Positions 17,955-28,365 are shown, counted from the stretch's first letter. The stretch: 64,000 nucleotides of DNA from an uncultured Planctomycetia bacterium (GCA_964559135.1 CAZLGG010000005.1:11609-75608), one strand, 5' to 3'. Notes: generated from the letters alone by a model not told the origin. Translations and numbers: made by a program.

Positions 17955-19754
17955 TCAGACGAGTGGGCCCACGTGGGGAAGAATTTTCGAAGCCGCCGGA
18001 CGAGAATCGGGCGAGAAGTCCCCTCCCCCGTTTTCCGGCAGCAGGAACAGGGCGCGAGCACGGATGAGCAGAGCGTCGGAGAAAAAACCTTCCTCGTGGA
18101 TGACCACATTGACGCCGTGCAGACCGGCGAAATCCGCGGTGAGAAGTTCTCTGCGTCCTCCGAAGATGTCGTGCGTCTCGAAAAGTACGGCGAGAGCTCT
18201 TTGGAGTTGAGGCCAAGACAGGCTGAGATCGACGAAGAGCACATCCACCGCCAGATCGTGAAAAACCCGGTGGAGATACGCGCGAACCGCGGGACTCAGA
18301 AGAACCGAGAGCGGGCCGACTTGGACGGCCGGCTCGGCCCCCTCGTCCCCTTCACCCGGTCCTTCGAGGAAGACCCCGTCGATGAACCAACGGTGAGGCA
18401 CGAATCCCATGAGGTGCCCCCGTCCCCGCCCCATCGACTTCACCACTTTGAAGATGCGACGAATCTGTCTCACGGCGCGACGACGACGCTGGCGGCGATC
18501 CCTGCGGCCGACGACGTCTCGAAGGCCTTGCGGATCCGCGTCGAGGGGGGTCTCGACCCAGCCCTCGCGAATCCCGATGACATCACCGGTTCCGGAGCGA
18601 ACCCGGACGGCATCCGTGTCGCTCCCCTCCGCCTCCCGCAAACCGCCCAGGCGCAACAACTCGAGAATCTCCCCACGATGCGGGTCCGAACGTGACACCC
18701 AGATCGTCGCCGGCCGACCTCTCGATGGGTCGTGACGACGTCCCTGCCCCCATCTTCCCGCCAGATATCCGAACGCCAGGACTTGGCAGGCTGCCGCGGA
18801 CCACAAGAAACCCAGTGCCAGCAAATGCGTGATGGGAGTCCGCGTGTCGATAATGACCTCGAGCCCCTTCGTCAACGCGGTGCCGGAGCCCCAGGCCCCG
18901 ATAGCAATGACCGCGAACGCGATCAGCAGTCCAACAATTCCGAAGAGGTGTCGCCAATCCTCGGAGCGAACCGGTCCCGAGTTCCAACGCCAAAGGATCT
19001 CCATCGACGGCCCGCCTCGATTCACATTCCAGGCCATCCATAGGAAGGGCGGCGCCAACGTCGCAACGACGGCAACCCAAGCAGGCAGCCACGTGATGGC
19101 GGCCATGAGGGCGAGCACGAACAGGCCGCCTGCGATGGCCGCTCCTTCGCGGCCCTGCTCTTCCCCAACCTGGCGCTTCGGCGTGAAGCTGGGCAAGAAA
19201 CTCGAGAGAATCAGCGTCAAGAACACGGCGATGCCCGACGCATAGACGACCCACAAAACCCCAAGAGCAAGGACCCATGCCAGGTGGGAGACGCGAGTCA
19301 ACGCGTCTCGCGTCGCATCGACGGCATCGTAGCGAAAGAGCCCCAAAGCGGTGGCGGCCAAGCCGGCGAGGACGAGGGGGGGAAGAATCCGACCCCAGGC
19401 TCGCGGCGCCCCCTCGGGCCACGGCGGGCTCTCGCGCAGGTCCACACCGTGAGCCAATCTCCAACGGGCGAGACGATTGACGATGACGCGGCAACGGTGA
19501 GCGAACGTCTTCAATCCGGGAACCGGGCGCAGTTCATGACGGAGCGCCACCAGAAACACCATCAGGACGAGAAAAACCAGCGTCACCGCATCGCCCAGAT
19601 CGCTCTTGGCCAAACGTGCGCCCATTTCGAGGACGACCAAGGCCATACAAATCGGCAGGGCGACGGCCAGGACCCTCGGGCGTAGAAGCCGGCGAAGACG
19701 AGCGCCCAGCTTCAGACGCCGCAGACGTGAGAGTCCTTCGGGGCCCGGGGTCAT
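17955..19754 (-). CDS. Hypothetical polytopic membrane protein with soluble C-terminal domain
   Basis: Long ORF, several hydrophobic helices, ATGA-coupled to the upstream gene; no recognised motif. Confidence 0.65.
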   Translation of the reverse strand: MTPGPEGLSRLRRLKLGARLRRLLRPRVLAVALPICMALVVLEMGARLAKSDLGDAVTLVFLVLMVFLVALRHELRPVPGLKTFAHRCRVIVNRLARWRLAHGVDLRESPPWPEGAPRAWGRILPPLVLAGLAATALGLFRYDAVDATRDALTRVSHLAWVLALGVLWVVYASGIAVFLTLILSSFLPSFTPKRQVGEEQGREGAAIAGGLFVLALMAAITWLPAWVAVVATLAPPFLWMAWNVNRGGPSMEILWRWNSGPVRSEDWRHLFGIVGLLIAFAVIAIGAWGSGTALTKGLEVIIDTRTPITHLLALGFLWSAAACQVLAFGYLAGRWGQGRRHDPSRGRPATIWVSRSDPHRGEILELLRLGGLREAEGSDTDAVRVRSGTGDVIGIREGWVETPLDADPQGLRDVVGRRDRRQRRRRAVRQIRRIFKVVKSMGRGRGHLMGFVPHRWFIDGVFLEGPGEGDEGAEPAVQVGPLSVLLSPAVRAYLHRVFHDLAVDVLFVDLSLSWPQLQRALAVLFETHDIFGGRRELLTADFAGLHGVNVVIHEEGFFSDALLIRARALFLLPENGGGDFSPDSRPAASKILPHVGPLV

Positions 19755-20329
19755 CGGTGTCCATCCGCAATGGCTTCCCGCGCCACGGCTCGCGACAGAA
19801 TCCATGTTCCGTCCCGCTTTTCGAACCGCGCACGGAACGTCCACACCCTGATGACGGGAATCGTGTTCGGGTCGGCGCTCGGTGGTTCCCTCGACCAGAT
19901 CAACCAAGCGTCGATCCAAGGCCGGTCCTTGTCATCCTTTCGCATGTGAGGATAGGTCAGATACACGGGAATCCCGTTCCCGGCATAACGCTTCATCAGG
20001 CCGATGAGCGCGGAACGGTCCAGCACCTGGCCGGATGGTCTGAGCTCGACCTGGAAATCGTCGGCGATGAACTGCTCGAGGGCTTTCCACTCACCCCCCC
20101 GCGCCAATGTGGCCAGACCCTTCGCCTGCTCCACGAATCGCGTGTCCGCGGACATCCCGTCAAAGATGATGACGCCGACCAACGCCACGACGAGGAAACC
20201 ACCGAGAACCCACACCTTGCGGTAGGAGGCCTTCCGCAGCGCCGCTTGGCGCTCGAAGGCTTCCAGTTTGGCTCGGGCAGACCCCGGGCGGGCCGGCTTG
20301 TTGATGGAGTCGTTCTGCGAGTGAGTCAT
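19751..20329 (-). CDS. Hypothetical membrane-anchored protein, possible NTF2/DUF4440-like fold
   Basis: One TM helix, then ALEQFIADDF...GQVLDR...FEKRDGTWI pattern; ATGA coupling on both sides. Confidence 0.6.
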   Translation of the reverse strand: MTHSQNDSINKPARPGSARAKLEAFERQAALRKASYRKVWVLGGFLVVALVGVIIFDGMSADTRFVEQAKGLATLARGGEWKALEQFIADDFQVELRPSGQVLDRSALIGLMKRYAGNGIPVYLTYPHMRKDDKDRPWIDAWLIWSREPPSADPNTIPVIRVWTFRARFEKRDGTWILSRAVAREAIADGHR

Positions 20330-21156
20330 CGGGAGTCATTCTCACCCCATTCTCCTTTGGAGTCCAGCCGTATTTCCCACTGCAAACGGGGCCGGCCGCC
20401 GCGCCGTCTTCCCACCCCACGAGCATGCCGAATCCCTTCCCGGACGAAGCGTCTGGCCGCGTCCACGGCCTCCTCCAGATCCCGGCCAAGCCCCAAGAAA
20501 ACGGCCATCGCCGTCGAAAGCGCACAACCGGTACCGTGGGGCGATGCGCCCGCGATGCGTGCGTCGCGCCACGTGCGACGTCGATCGCCGTCCGCGAGAT
20601 GATCGACGACGTTCTCGCCCCCCTCGTCCCCTCCGGTGACCAGAACGGCCTGAATCCCTTTCGCAAGCAGGGCCCTCGCCGCCGATTCCGCCGACGCGGC
20701 GGCTCCTTCTCGTGCCAGACGTCGCGCCTCGGCGAGATTGGGTGTGATGACACGGGCCCGGAGGGCGAGCCCCCCCATGAGGACGTCCTTTCCCGAGTCG
20801 GAGAGGAGTTCCCTTCCCGAGGACGAAAGCAGTACGGGATCCACGACGAGGGGCACGTCCTTGGGGACTCGGGCGAGAGCCCGCTCCACGGCCGTCACCT
20901 GTTCGGGCCCCGCCAGCATGCCCACCTTGATCGCATCCGGCCTCACATCGTCGAGCAACACGCGCAATCGTTTCTCGATCAGAGCGCCCGACAACCGATG
21001 CACGTCATGAACCCCAGTCATGTCCTGAGTCGTGAGCGCGGTGGCGCAAGCCATCCCCAGGCCGCCGAGATGGGCGACGACGGCGAGGTCCAGTTCCAGA
21101 CCCGCTCCTCCGGTGGGGTCCGAACCCGCCACGGTCAACACGAGCGGGCGCTTCAT
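20326..21156 (-). CDS. thiD: Hydroxymethylpyrimidine/phosphomethylpyrimidine kinase
   Basis: LTVAGSDPTGGAG, IKVGML, VDPV, TPNLAEA, HGTGCALS. Confidence 0.9.
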   Translation of the reverse strand: MKRPLVLTVAGSDPTGGAGLELDLAVVAHLGGLGMACATALTTQDMTGVHDVHRLSGALIEKRLRVLLDDVRPDAIKVGMLAGPEQVTAVERALARVPKDVPLVVDPVLLSSSGRELLSDSGKDVLMGGLALRARVITPNLAEARRLAREGAAASAESAARALLAKGIQAVLVTGGDEGGENVVDHLADGDRRRTWRDARIAGASPHGTGCALSTAMAVFLGLGRDLEEAVDAARRFVREGIRHARGVGRRRGGRPRLQWEIRLDSKGEWGENDSR

Positions 21157-21160
21157 GGAC

Positions 21161-21763
21161 TCAGTCCTCCGCGGCATCCTCGAAAAGAGGTTGCGGTTCG
21201 GCCCGATTGGGTTGGAAGCAGCGACGGCATCGGGCTTCGTACCGATCGGCGCCTCCCAGGACGAGCCGCCCGGCGGCCTCGACGAGCCGCTGATTGCGGT
21301 GCGCGGGATTCCCGCAGACCATGCAGATCGCAAGAACCTTCGTGACGTACTCGGCCTCCACCATCATGTGCATCATCGTTTCGAACGGCAGGCCCCGATA
21401 ATCCTGGTCCAGTCCCGCAATGATGACACGGCGGCCCTCGGCCGCGAGCTTGCGCGCCACCCGCACCGTGTCCAAATCGAGGAACTGCGCCTCGTCGATT
21501 CCAACGACTTCGACGCCCTGGTCCAAGTGCTCGAAGATCTCTGCCCCGACATTGATCACGGTGGATTCGATGTCGCGACCGCTGTGCGAGACCACGCGAG
21601 TGGCGTGGTAGCGCACATCGACGTCGGGCTTGAAGATTGCGACGGTCTGCTTCGCAATCTTCGCTCTCACGAGACGGCGGATGAGCTCCTCGGTTTTCCC
21701 GCTGAACATGGATCCGCAGATGACTTCGATCCAGCCCGTGCCTTCGGGTCGTTGATGGATCAC
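21161..21763 (-). CDS. tdk: Thymidine kinase
   Basis: GSMFSGKTEEL, IDEAQF, AGLD, CxxC...YEARCRRC zinc lasso. Confidence 0.95.
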   Translation of the reverse strand: MIHQRPEGTGWIEVICGSMFSGKTEELIRRLVRAKIAKQTVAIFKPDVDVRYHATRVVSHSGRDIESTVINVGAEIFEHLDQGVEVVGIDEAQFLDLDTVRVARKLAAEGRRVIIAGLDQDYRGLPFETMMHMMVEAEYVTKVLAICMVCGNPAHRNQRLVEAAGRLVLGGADRYEARCRRCFQPNRAEPQPLFEDAAED

Positions 21764-23091
21764 GATTGAACTCCGATTCCGGGGAAGTCGCGAGCGAGAC
21801 CTTGGAACGCATTCTGGGCGTCCCGGAGGACACGGGTCCGTGCGAGCGTCAAGACCTCGAAATCGCGTTTGACGATTCGCCCCCCCACGAGGACGTCTCG
21901 AACACTCTCGGGCCCGCAGGCGAAGACGATGGCCGCCAAGGGGTCGCCGGTACTCATCCAGGGACTGGATGCATCCATGACCACGAGGTCGGCCCGCTTC
22001 CCGATGTCTATGGTGCCTATTTCACCGTCCAAGCCGAGCGCGCGGGCTCCATGCAGGGTCGCCATGCTCAGCATCTCCCTGGCCGGCAGGGCCTTAGGAC
22101 CGTGGAGAGGTTTTTGGATGAGCGAGGCGAGCCTCATCTCCTTGAACGCATCCAGACGGTTGTTGCACGGGGCGCCGTCCGCGCCCAAGGCCACGTTGAC
22201 TCCTCGTTTGAGAAGCTCGGGCACCCGAGCCACGCCCGATGCGAGTTTCAGATTGCTGGACGGGCAATGAGCGACGTGACTTCCCGACGAGGCGAGCAGA
22301 TCAATCTCCTCCTCATTCAGGTGGATGCAATGAGCCAGCACGCTCGATGGCCCGAGAAGCCCCATGTCCCGGAGGAACAACAGGTTCTCACGGCCGGTCC
22401 TGCGGCGAACCACATCGCACTCCTTCACGTTCTCCGAGGCATGAGTGTGGATGCGCAGCCCTGCCTTCGCGCCAAGCCTCGCCACTCCGACGAGGAGTTC
22501 GTCGGTGGATGAGACGGCGAATCGCGGGGCGATCGCATAGGCGATCCGTCCATCGGCAGCGCCGTGCCAACGCGCGACAAGCTCTTCGGTCTCGCAGAGG
22601 GCCGCGTCGGCCTCTTCAAGGAGGCCTTCCGGACACCGCCCCGTGTCATCGAAATCCATCAGGCACTTGCCGCCCACATATCGAAGGCCGGACTCCTCCG
22701 CCGCTTGAAAAACGACATCGGTGTGGTGGACGGTGGCCATATCGAGAATCGTCGTCGTCCCCCCTGCCAGCAACTCGAACAGGCCCAATCGCGAGGACGC
22801 ATCCAGGGCCGCCGCATCCAGCCACGCCTCGAAGGGCCAGATCCGCTCGCCCAACCAATCCAAAAGTTCCATGTCATCAGCGGTGTTGCGGAAGAGCGTC
22901 TGGCACGTATGGACGTGTGCTTGGACAAAACCGGGGATGACCCAGGTCCCCCGGACGTCCAGGACTTCCTCGCCCGATGCGGGGCTCAATCCGCGCGCCA
23001 CCTCCGCGATACGTCCGTGCTCGACACGGATGTCCGCTTTTTCGTCTTGGAGACCTTCACCCAACAGAACTCGACCACCTTGCAGGATCAT
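21760..23091 (-). CDS. Amidohydrolase, 5'-deoxyadenosine/MTA-SAH deaminase-like
   Basis: PGFVQAHVH, HTHASE, AHC, HCPSSNLKLASG, GADGAPCNN. Confidence 0.85.
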   Translation of the reverse strand: MILQGGRVLLGEGLQDEKADIRVEHGRIAEVARGLSPASGEEVLDVRGTWVIPGFVQAHVHTCQTLFRNTADDMELLDWLGERIWPFEAWLDAAALDASSRLGLFELLAGGTTTILDMATVHHTDVVFQAAEESGLRYVGGKCLMDFDDTGRCPEGLLEEADAALCETEELVARWHGAADGRIAYAIAPRFAVSSTDELLVGVARLGAKAGLRIHTHASENVKECDVVRRRTGRENLLFLRDMGLLGPSSVLAHCIHLNEEEIDLLASSGSHVAHCPSSNLKLASGVARVPELLKRGVNVALGADGAPCNNRLDAFKEMRLASLIQKPLHGPKALPAREMLSMATLHGARALGLDGEIGTIDIGKRADLVVMDASSPWMSTGDPLAAIVFACGPESVRDVLVGGRIVKRDFEVLTLARTRVLRDAQNAFQGLARDFPGIGVQS

Positions 23092-24236
23092 TCCTTGTCC
23101 CCTTCCGCGAACTCGGCGAGGAGATCCGCGTGATGCTGGCCGGGAATCGGAGGCGCGCCCGTACACTCCCACCGCCTTCCGTCGCAAAGGATCGCGGAGG
23201 TGAGCACCGGAATCCGTCCCAAAGTCGCGTGATCGACGTGCGAGACGATTCCCCGCTCGTCCCGCGCTCGGTTCCGCAGAACGTCCTTCAGGCGGCGGAC
23301 CCGTCCGGCGGGAATCCCGGCTCGCGTGAATCGGTCCATCCAGTCCTCGACGGAGTCCTCGGAAAAGATCCCCTCGAGCAGCGGAACCAATCGTTCGCGG
23401 TCTTTCACGCGGCCCGGGTTGGTCCTCCACCTCGGGTCCCGAAGCGGCTCGCATCCGGCGAAGCGGTCCATCGACACGAGAGCGGCCCACTGACGATCCG
23501 TCGCAACGCCGAGCACGAACCAGGCGTCGCGGGCGCGAAAGGCCTGGTAGGGAACGAGATTCGGATGGCGATGCCCCATGGGCCGAGGGGATTCCCCGGT
23601 GAGCAGCGTGCTTTGGGCCTGATACCCCATCAGAGCGAGCAGCGAGTCCAGCAAATTGATCTCGAGCGAGGCGCCACCACCCCCGCGTTCCCTTCGCAAC
23701 AGGGCGGCCAGGATCGCTTCCGCGGCCGTCTGCCCCGCCGCGACGTCCGCCAGGCTGGTCGGTGCTCTCACGGGCTCGTCGTCGCCGGTCATGGCCATGA
23801 GGCCGGACTCGGCCTGGATCACGAGATCGAAAGCGGGACGGTCATCTCCTGCGCCGAACCCCGAGATCGTCAAGTGCACGAGATTGGGATTGAGTTCGCG
23901 AAGGCGCTCCCTTCCGAGGCCGAATCCGCGCATCCGACCCGGGCGAAAGTTCTCGACCAGGACGTCGGCACGTTCGATGAGACGACGGGCGACGGCTTTC
24001 CCCTCGTCGGTCTCGAGGTCCATGGTCATGGCCTCCTTGCCCCGATTGTAGGCGAGGTAATAGGGAGACACATCCTCGATGAAAGGAGGACCGAAACTCC
24101 GCGTGGAGTCGCCGTCCGGGGACTCGGCCTTGATGACCCGAGCACCGAGGTCCGCCAATCGCTGGGTACACAACGGTCCGGCGAGGACGCGGGAGAAATC
24201 GGCGACGAGGATTCCTTCGAGAGGCCTCATCGTCAC
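23088..24236 (-). CDS. CaiB/BaiF class III CoA-transferase
   Basis: DFSRVLAGP, NRGK, ENFRPG, AESGLM, APPIPGQH. Confidence 0.9.
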   Translation of the reverse strand: MTMRPLEGILVADFSRVLAGPLCTQRLADLGARVIKAESPDGDSTRSFGPPFIEDVSPYYLAYNRGKEAMTMDLETDEGKAVARRLIERADVLVENFRPGRMRGFGLGRERLRELNPNLVHLTISGFGAGDDRPAFDLVIQAESGLMAMTGDDEPVRAPTSLADVAAGQTAAEAILAALLRRERGGGGASLEINLLDSLLALMGYQAQSTLLTGESPRPMGHRHPNLVPYQAFRARDAWFVLGVATDRQWAALVSMDRFAGCEPLRDPRWRTNPGRVKDRERLVPLLEGIFSEDSVEDWMDRFTRAGIPAGRVRRLKDVLRNRARDERGIVSHVDHATLGRIPVLTSAILCDGRRWECTGAPPIPGQHHADLLAEFAEGDKE

Positions 24237-24916
24237 CTTCCCAGGCGCTTTCGCGCCACTCGGGCGATGTCGTCCGGCTGCCCGAAGAGCAGGAGGCGCT
24301 GCCCTTCGTCGAGAACCAGGTCGCTCGGCATCGAGAACAACGGCCCTCCTTTGCGAGGATCCTCGTCCGGATCCATGGGGGGACGAACGCCCACGAATCG
24401 GACCTTGTCTCCGAAGAATCGGTCCACTTCCTCACGCCGCAGTTCGACGGCGGTTCTCAGGGTCAGTTCCGCCAACCCCTGCTCCCGGTTGACGAACCAG
24501 AACGCATCGATGAGGGACTCCGTGAGTTCGACGGCCAGGTTGCGCGCTTGAAGAAGACCCGGCGTCAGAACGCGATCGGCGCCGATGGCCAGAAGAATGT
24601 CGCGCCTTTGCCCCGTCGTCGCCATGTTGATGATGGATTGCGCACCGAAGTCCTCGAGCGCCAAGGTCGTCCTTTCCGCGGCTTCGAAGGCGTGGCCGAG
24701 GCAGACGACGATCTGCTCGAAATCGTTGATGGGCAGACTGCCGAGAGCACGTCGGTCGGAGGTGTCGAACGCCAGAACGTGATCGACGTCCTGCATGATT
24801 CGACGGGTCTTGTCCCTGTCCTTGTCGACGGCCGTGACCTCAGCGCCACGGCGGACGAGTTCCCGCGCCAAGGTCCGGCCCATCGTGTTGAGCCCTATGA
24901 CGAGAAAGTGAGACAT
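24233..24916 (-). CDS. TrkA/KtrA-family RCK domain protein
   Basis: FLVIGLNTMG Rossmann motif, AVDKD, IGADRVLTP, C-terminal RCK_C-like PSDLVLDEGQRLLLFG. Confidence 0.8.
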   Translation of the reverse strand: MSHFLVIGLNTMGRTLARELVRRGAEVTAVDKDRDKTRRIMQDVDHVLAFDTSDRRALGSLPINDFEQIVVCLGHAFEAAERTTLALEDFGAQSIINMATTGQRRDILLAIGADRVLTPGLLQARNLAVELTESLIDAFWFVNREQGLAELTLRTAVELRREEVDRFFGDKVRFVGVRPPMDPDEDPRKGGPLFSMPSDLVLDEGQRLLLFGQPDDIARVARKRLGR

Positions 24917-24978
24917 GCTCGCACCCGGTTCATCCTGGTCGTTGTTTTGAAAGCGAAGATTCGAATTCGTCGAGCCCT

Positions 24979-26001
24979 TCAGGCAACCAGCTGGACGCCA
25001 TCTTCCTCTGCGACGGAGATCTTTTCGAGAATACGTTTCATGAGTTCCCTGCGGATGCGCTCGTACTCCTCGGGCGACCCCTCGGCCATCGGGATGCGTG
25101 CAGCGGCCATGGTGTTGTGGCCGCCGGCACGGCCCATCTCGCGAACGACTTCGCGAACGAAGATGCCGGCGTCTCCGTCCGGATCCTCGGTTCTCACGGA
25201 AACGTATGTGAGCTTGTCGAACCACCCCATGCACACGGACCACGAGGCGGACTCGAGTTTCAACAGGAGATCGGCGATCTCCGCGACCATGTCGGGATAG
25301 GGAAGCTTACCGAGATGGCTCACCACGAGGTTGCCGTAGATCCGCGCGCTCTCGATGGCGTCGCGCAGGTCCTGAAAATACTCGCGGGAAAGGGGCGGGG
25401 CCTCGATGGCCTGGATGATCTCGTGGTTCACGAGAGGCGAAAGATACTCCCAGGCTTCGCGATCCATGTCACCCGTGCGACGGGTCAACCCCAATGTATC
25501 CGTCCGGATCCCGTAGTAGAGCGCCGTCGCCACGGCCTGAGTCGGCTCGAGACTGAAAAGCCTCAAATACGACGTCATGATCGTGGAGGTCGCCCCGACG
25601 TCCGGTCGCACGTCATGGTAGGGCACGGACGCAGTCGAATCGACGAAGGGATGGTGATCGATACAGACCTTCACGGGCACGTCCAGCTCTTCCAGGTCCT
25701 CCTGGTTGAAGCCGAATTGCGGTTGCGCATCGACCAGAACGGCGGCGCCGAAATCGTACTCGTCGATGTCGGTGAATCGGGTCAGCTCCGGAACGAGGAG
25801 ACGGACCATTTGACGGTTCTGGGCCCGACCGATGATCCCGCGATAGGTGAGAACCGCCTCCTTCCCGAATCGCCGCTCCAACAGATGCTTCATGGCCAAG
25901 CCGGAGGCGATGCTGTCGGGATCCGGATTCATGTGGCAGAACACCAACACCCGATCGATGGCATCCAAGACTTCGGTCAGGTGTTTCGGATCCGGCTGCA
26001 T
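24979..26001 (-). CDS. DHH/DHHA1 family phosphoesterase
   Basis: HMNPDPDSIAS, VLVD, IDHH, GIRTDT, AGGH. Confidence 0.9.
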   Translation of the reverse strand: MQPDPKHLTEVLDAIDRVLVFCHMNPDPDSIASGLAMKHLLERRFGKEAVLTYRGIIGRAQNRQMVRLLVPELTRFTDIDEYDFGAAVLVDAQPQFGFNQEDLEELDVPVKVCIDHHPFVDSTASVPYHDVRPDVGATSTIMTSYLRLFSLEPTQAVATALYYGIRTDTLGLTRRTGDMDREAWEYLSPLVNHEIIQAIEAPPLSREYFQDLRDAIESARIYGNLVVSHLGKLPYPDMVAEIADLLLKLESASWSVCMGWFDKLTYVSVRTEDPDGDAGIFVREVVREMGRAGGHNTMAAARIPMAEGSPEEYERIRRELMKRILEKISVAEEDGVQLVA

Positions 26002-26050
26002 GGTCTGTCGGTCAGGTTCGGACAAGAGTAATTCTCCCCGCCCACGCATC

Positions 26051-26935
26051 CTAGAGCAGACGATCCCGAACCTCGGCCAGGGCCTGGCGCAAAGCCCAGG
26101 GAGGCACGGGGCCTCTCGCTCTGATTATCCTGGCAAGAGACGGGGACCGAAAGGCCTCCCATTCCGAGAGGCACAGTGTTCCGGACCCTGGAAGTAATTC
26201 GCACTCAAGTCTTTGATGGTCAGAGAGATAGACGCCGCAAAGGTGCCCAGAAAGCTCCGAGAGCCAGGACGCCGCCGGCGTCACACCCAGCCAGTCCAGT
26301 CCGGCTGCGGCCCCCGTGTGGTGCCAAAAGCCGAGTCCCGGGACATCGGTGAGGGTCCAGCCGATCTCTTCCGGACCGAGCAGGGCACGGGGATCGGCGT
26401 CCGGAGCGACGGCCAAGGCCAGCCCCTCCTGGCGCCGCACGAGAGCATGGAGACGCCGGCAAAGCCGTTGAACGCGTTCCTCGCGGACCCCACGGCGGAC
26501 ATCCAGGAGCTCGGCGCGCCACTGCGTCCATGCCGTCTCATCCGTTCCCTTGAGGCGAGCGCCCATCTCGGCGCCCCAGATTCCCCCCGGATCGTCGATC
26601 GTCAGACCCGACACGACGATCCGTGGACAACGAAACAGGCGCGCCAGCTCCACGGCCCGCCCCAGACGCCTTTCTCCCCGGGCGGCGATCGAGGGATCTG
26701 ACGAGGTTGGATCCCCTGTCGCTTCCAGACGCACGGAGACCGCCATCGTTCGACCTCCGGCCTCGCGCCACAGCCGCGCCGCGCGCTCGGCATCCCGAGC
26801 GGCGACGAAACCATCGACGGTGATGCTCGGAACACCGGCCGCCATCGCCGCCTCGACGGCGGAGACGAGCGCCCCCTCCTCATTGGGAAAAAGCGACGTG
26901 GAAACACCGATCTCATCTGCGAGAGGAGCTCTCAA
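26051..26935 (-). CDS. Xylose isomerase/AP endonuclease 2 TIM-barrel protein, apparently degenerate
   Basis: GFWHHTG (DxGH-like), VYLSD, LLPGSG; TTG start overlaps the purB stop. Confidence 0.6.
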   Translation of the reverse strand: MRAPLADEIGVSTSLFPNEEGALVSAVEAAMAAGVPSITVDGFVAARDAERAARLWREAGGRTMAVSVRLEATGDPTSSDPSIAARGERRLGRAVELARLFRCPRIVVSGLTIDDPGGIWGAEMGARLKGTDETAWTQWRAELLDVRRGVREERVQRLCRRLHALVRRQEGLALAVAPDADPRALLGPEEIGWTLTDVPGLGFWHHTGAAAGLDWLGVTPAASWLSELSGHLCGVYLSDHQRLECELLPGSGTLCLSEWEAFRSPSLARIIRARGPVPPWALRQALAEVRDRLL

Positions 26936-28365
26936 ACTCTCAGCTCCGGCTCGTCCTCGCAGGCGTCCTCGGGAAACCGCCTCAGCAGAGGCTCGACCTC
27001 CTCGGCGTGAAAAAGTTCGACCTGTGCGGGCGCACGCCCGACGTAACGCTCAGGACGCAGAAGATCCGCGACATCCTTCTCATCGAGCTGAAACGCGGGC
27101 TCGGCCAGCAATCGGTCCAGAAAGTCGTTGGCTCCGCCCTCCTCTTTCATGCGATGGGCCGCGGCCAAGGCGTGTCCGCGAATGATTTCGTGAAGTTCCT
27201 GGCGATCACCGCCCTTCTCCACCGCACGCATCATGAGCTCTTCGCTGGCGATGAACGGCACGTGCTCCGCCAGGTGATGACGGATGACCGCGCGCCGAAC
27301 CACCAAGCCGCCCGCCACGTTCTCGAGGATGATGCAGATCGCGTCCGCGGCCATGAAGGCGAGAGGCAGGCTCATGCGACGGTTCGCCGAGTCGTCGAGC
27401 GTTCTCTCCAGCCACTGAGTGGCCGCGGTCTGCGCACCGTTGTCGGAAAGGGAGATCAGAAATCGGGAGAGCGCCCCGACCCGCTCCGCTCGCATCGGAT
27501 TGCGCTTGTAGGGCATGGCCGAGGAACCGATCTGCTTCGACTCGAAGGGCTCCTCCACCTCCCGCATGTGGCAGAGAAGTCTGAGATCCGTGGACATCTT
27601 GTGCGCGCTCTGCCCCAAGCTGGAGAGCGACTGCAAGACGCGGGCATCCACTTTTCGAGGATAGGTCTGCCCGGTGATCCGGAATCGGGATTCAAAGCCC
27701 ATCTTCTTGCAGACCAGGGCGTCCAAGGCCTCGACCTTGTCCTCGTCGCCGCCGAAGAGCTTCAGAAAGCTGTCCTGCGTGCCCGTCGTCCCTTTCACCC
27801 CCCGGAACTTGAGGACGCCCAGCGTGTTCTCGAGCTCCAGGTGGTCCATGAGGAGATCCTGGAGCCATAGGCAGGCTCTCTTACCCACCGTGGTGAACTG
27901 CGCCGGCTGAAAATGGGTGTAGCCCACGCAAGGCGTCGACCTTTCCGCCATGGCGAAAGCGTCCAAGCGCACGAGGACCCTGCGCAGACGCGCCATGACC
28001 CTCTGGAGGGCCTCCCGGATCAACAAAAGATCCGTGTTGTCCGTGACGTAGCACGAGGTCGCGCCCAGATGCACGATCGGCCCGGCAAGAGGACATTGAT
28101 CCCGCAGCACGTGAACCTGGGCCATGACGTCGTGGCGCAATTCCTTCTCGTACTTGGCCGCCTTTTCTTGATCCAGATCGTCCAGGTGCGCACGGAGTTC
28201 CTCCACCTGCTCACGCGTCACCGGCAGACCCAGCTCGTGCTCGGCTTCCGCCAGCGCCAACCACAGCTTGCGCCATGTCGTGAATTTCCGGCGCGGCGAG
28301 AACAGCCGCGCCATCTCCGGGCTGCAGTAGCGCTCGACCAGGGGATTCGAATAGACATCGTCCAT
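26932..28365 (-). CDS. purB: Adenylosuccinate lyase
   Basis: RHDVMA, HLGATS, THFQPAQ, GSSAMPYKRNP signature; AGGAGG SD. Confidence 0.96.
   Translation of the reverse strand: MDDVYSNPLVERYCSPEMARLFSPRRKFTTWRKLWLALAEAEHELGLPVTREQVEELRAHLDDLDQEKAAKYEKELRHDVMAQVHVLRDQCPLAGPIVHLGATSCYVTDNTDLLLIREALQRVMARLRRVLVRLDAFAMAERSTPCVGYTHFQPAQFTTVGKRACLWLQDLLMDHLELENTLGVLKFRGVKGTTGTQDSFLKLFGGDEDKVEALDALVCKKMGFESRFRITGQTYPRKVDARVLQSLSSLGQSAHKMSTDLRLLCHMREVEEPFESKQIGSSAMPYKRNPMRAERVGALSRFLISLSDNGAQTAATQWLERTLDDSANRRMSLPLAFMAADAICIILENVAGGLVVRRAVIRHHLAEHVPFIASEELMMRAVEKGGDRQELHEIIRGHALAAAHRMKEEGGANDFLDRLLAEPAFQLDEKDVADLLRPERYVGRAPAQVELFHAEEVEPLLRRFPEDACEDEPELRV

Noticed and set aside
22977-24551. Long antisense and alternate-frame ORFs (this one, 33042-34754, 48147-49679, 59608-61218 and others)
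   Set aside because: They shadow well-supported genes in high-GC DNA with few stop codons and show no motifs.
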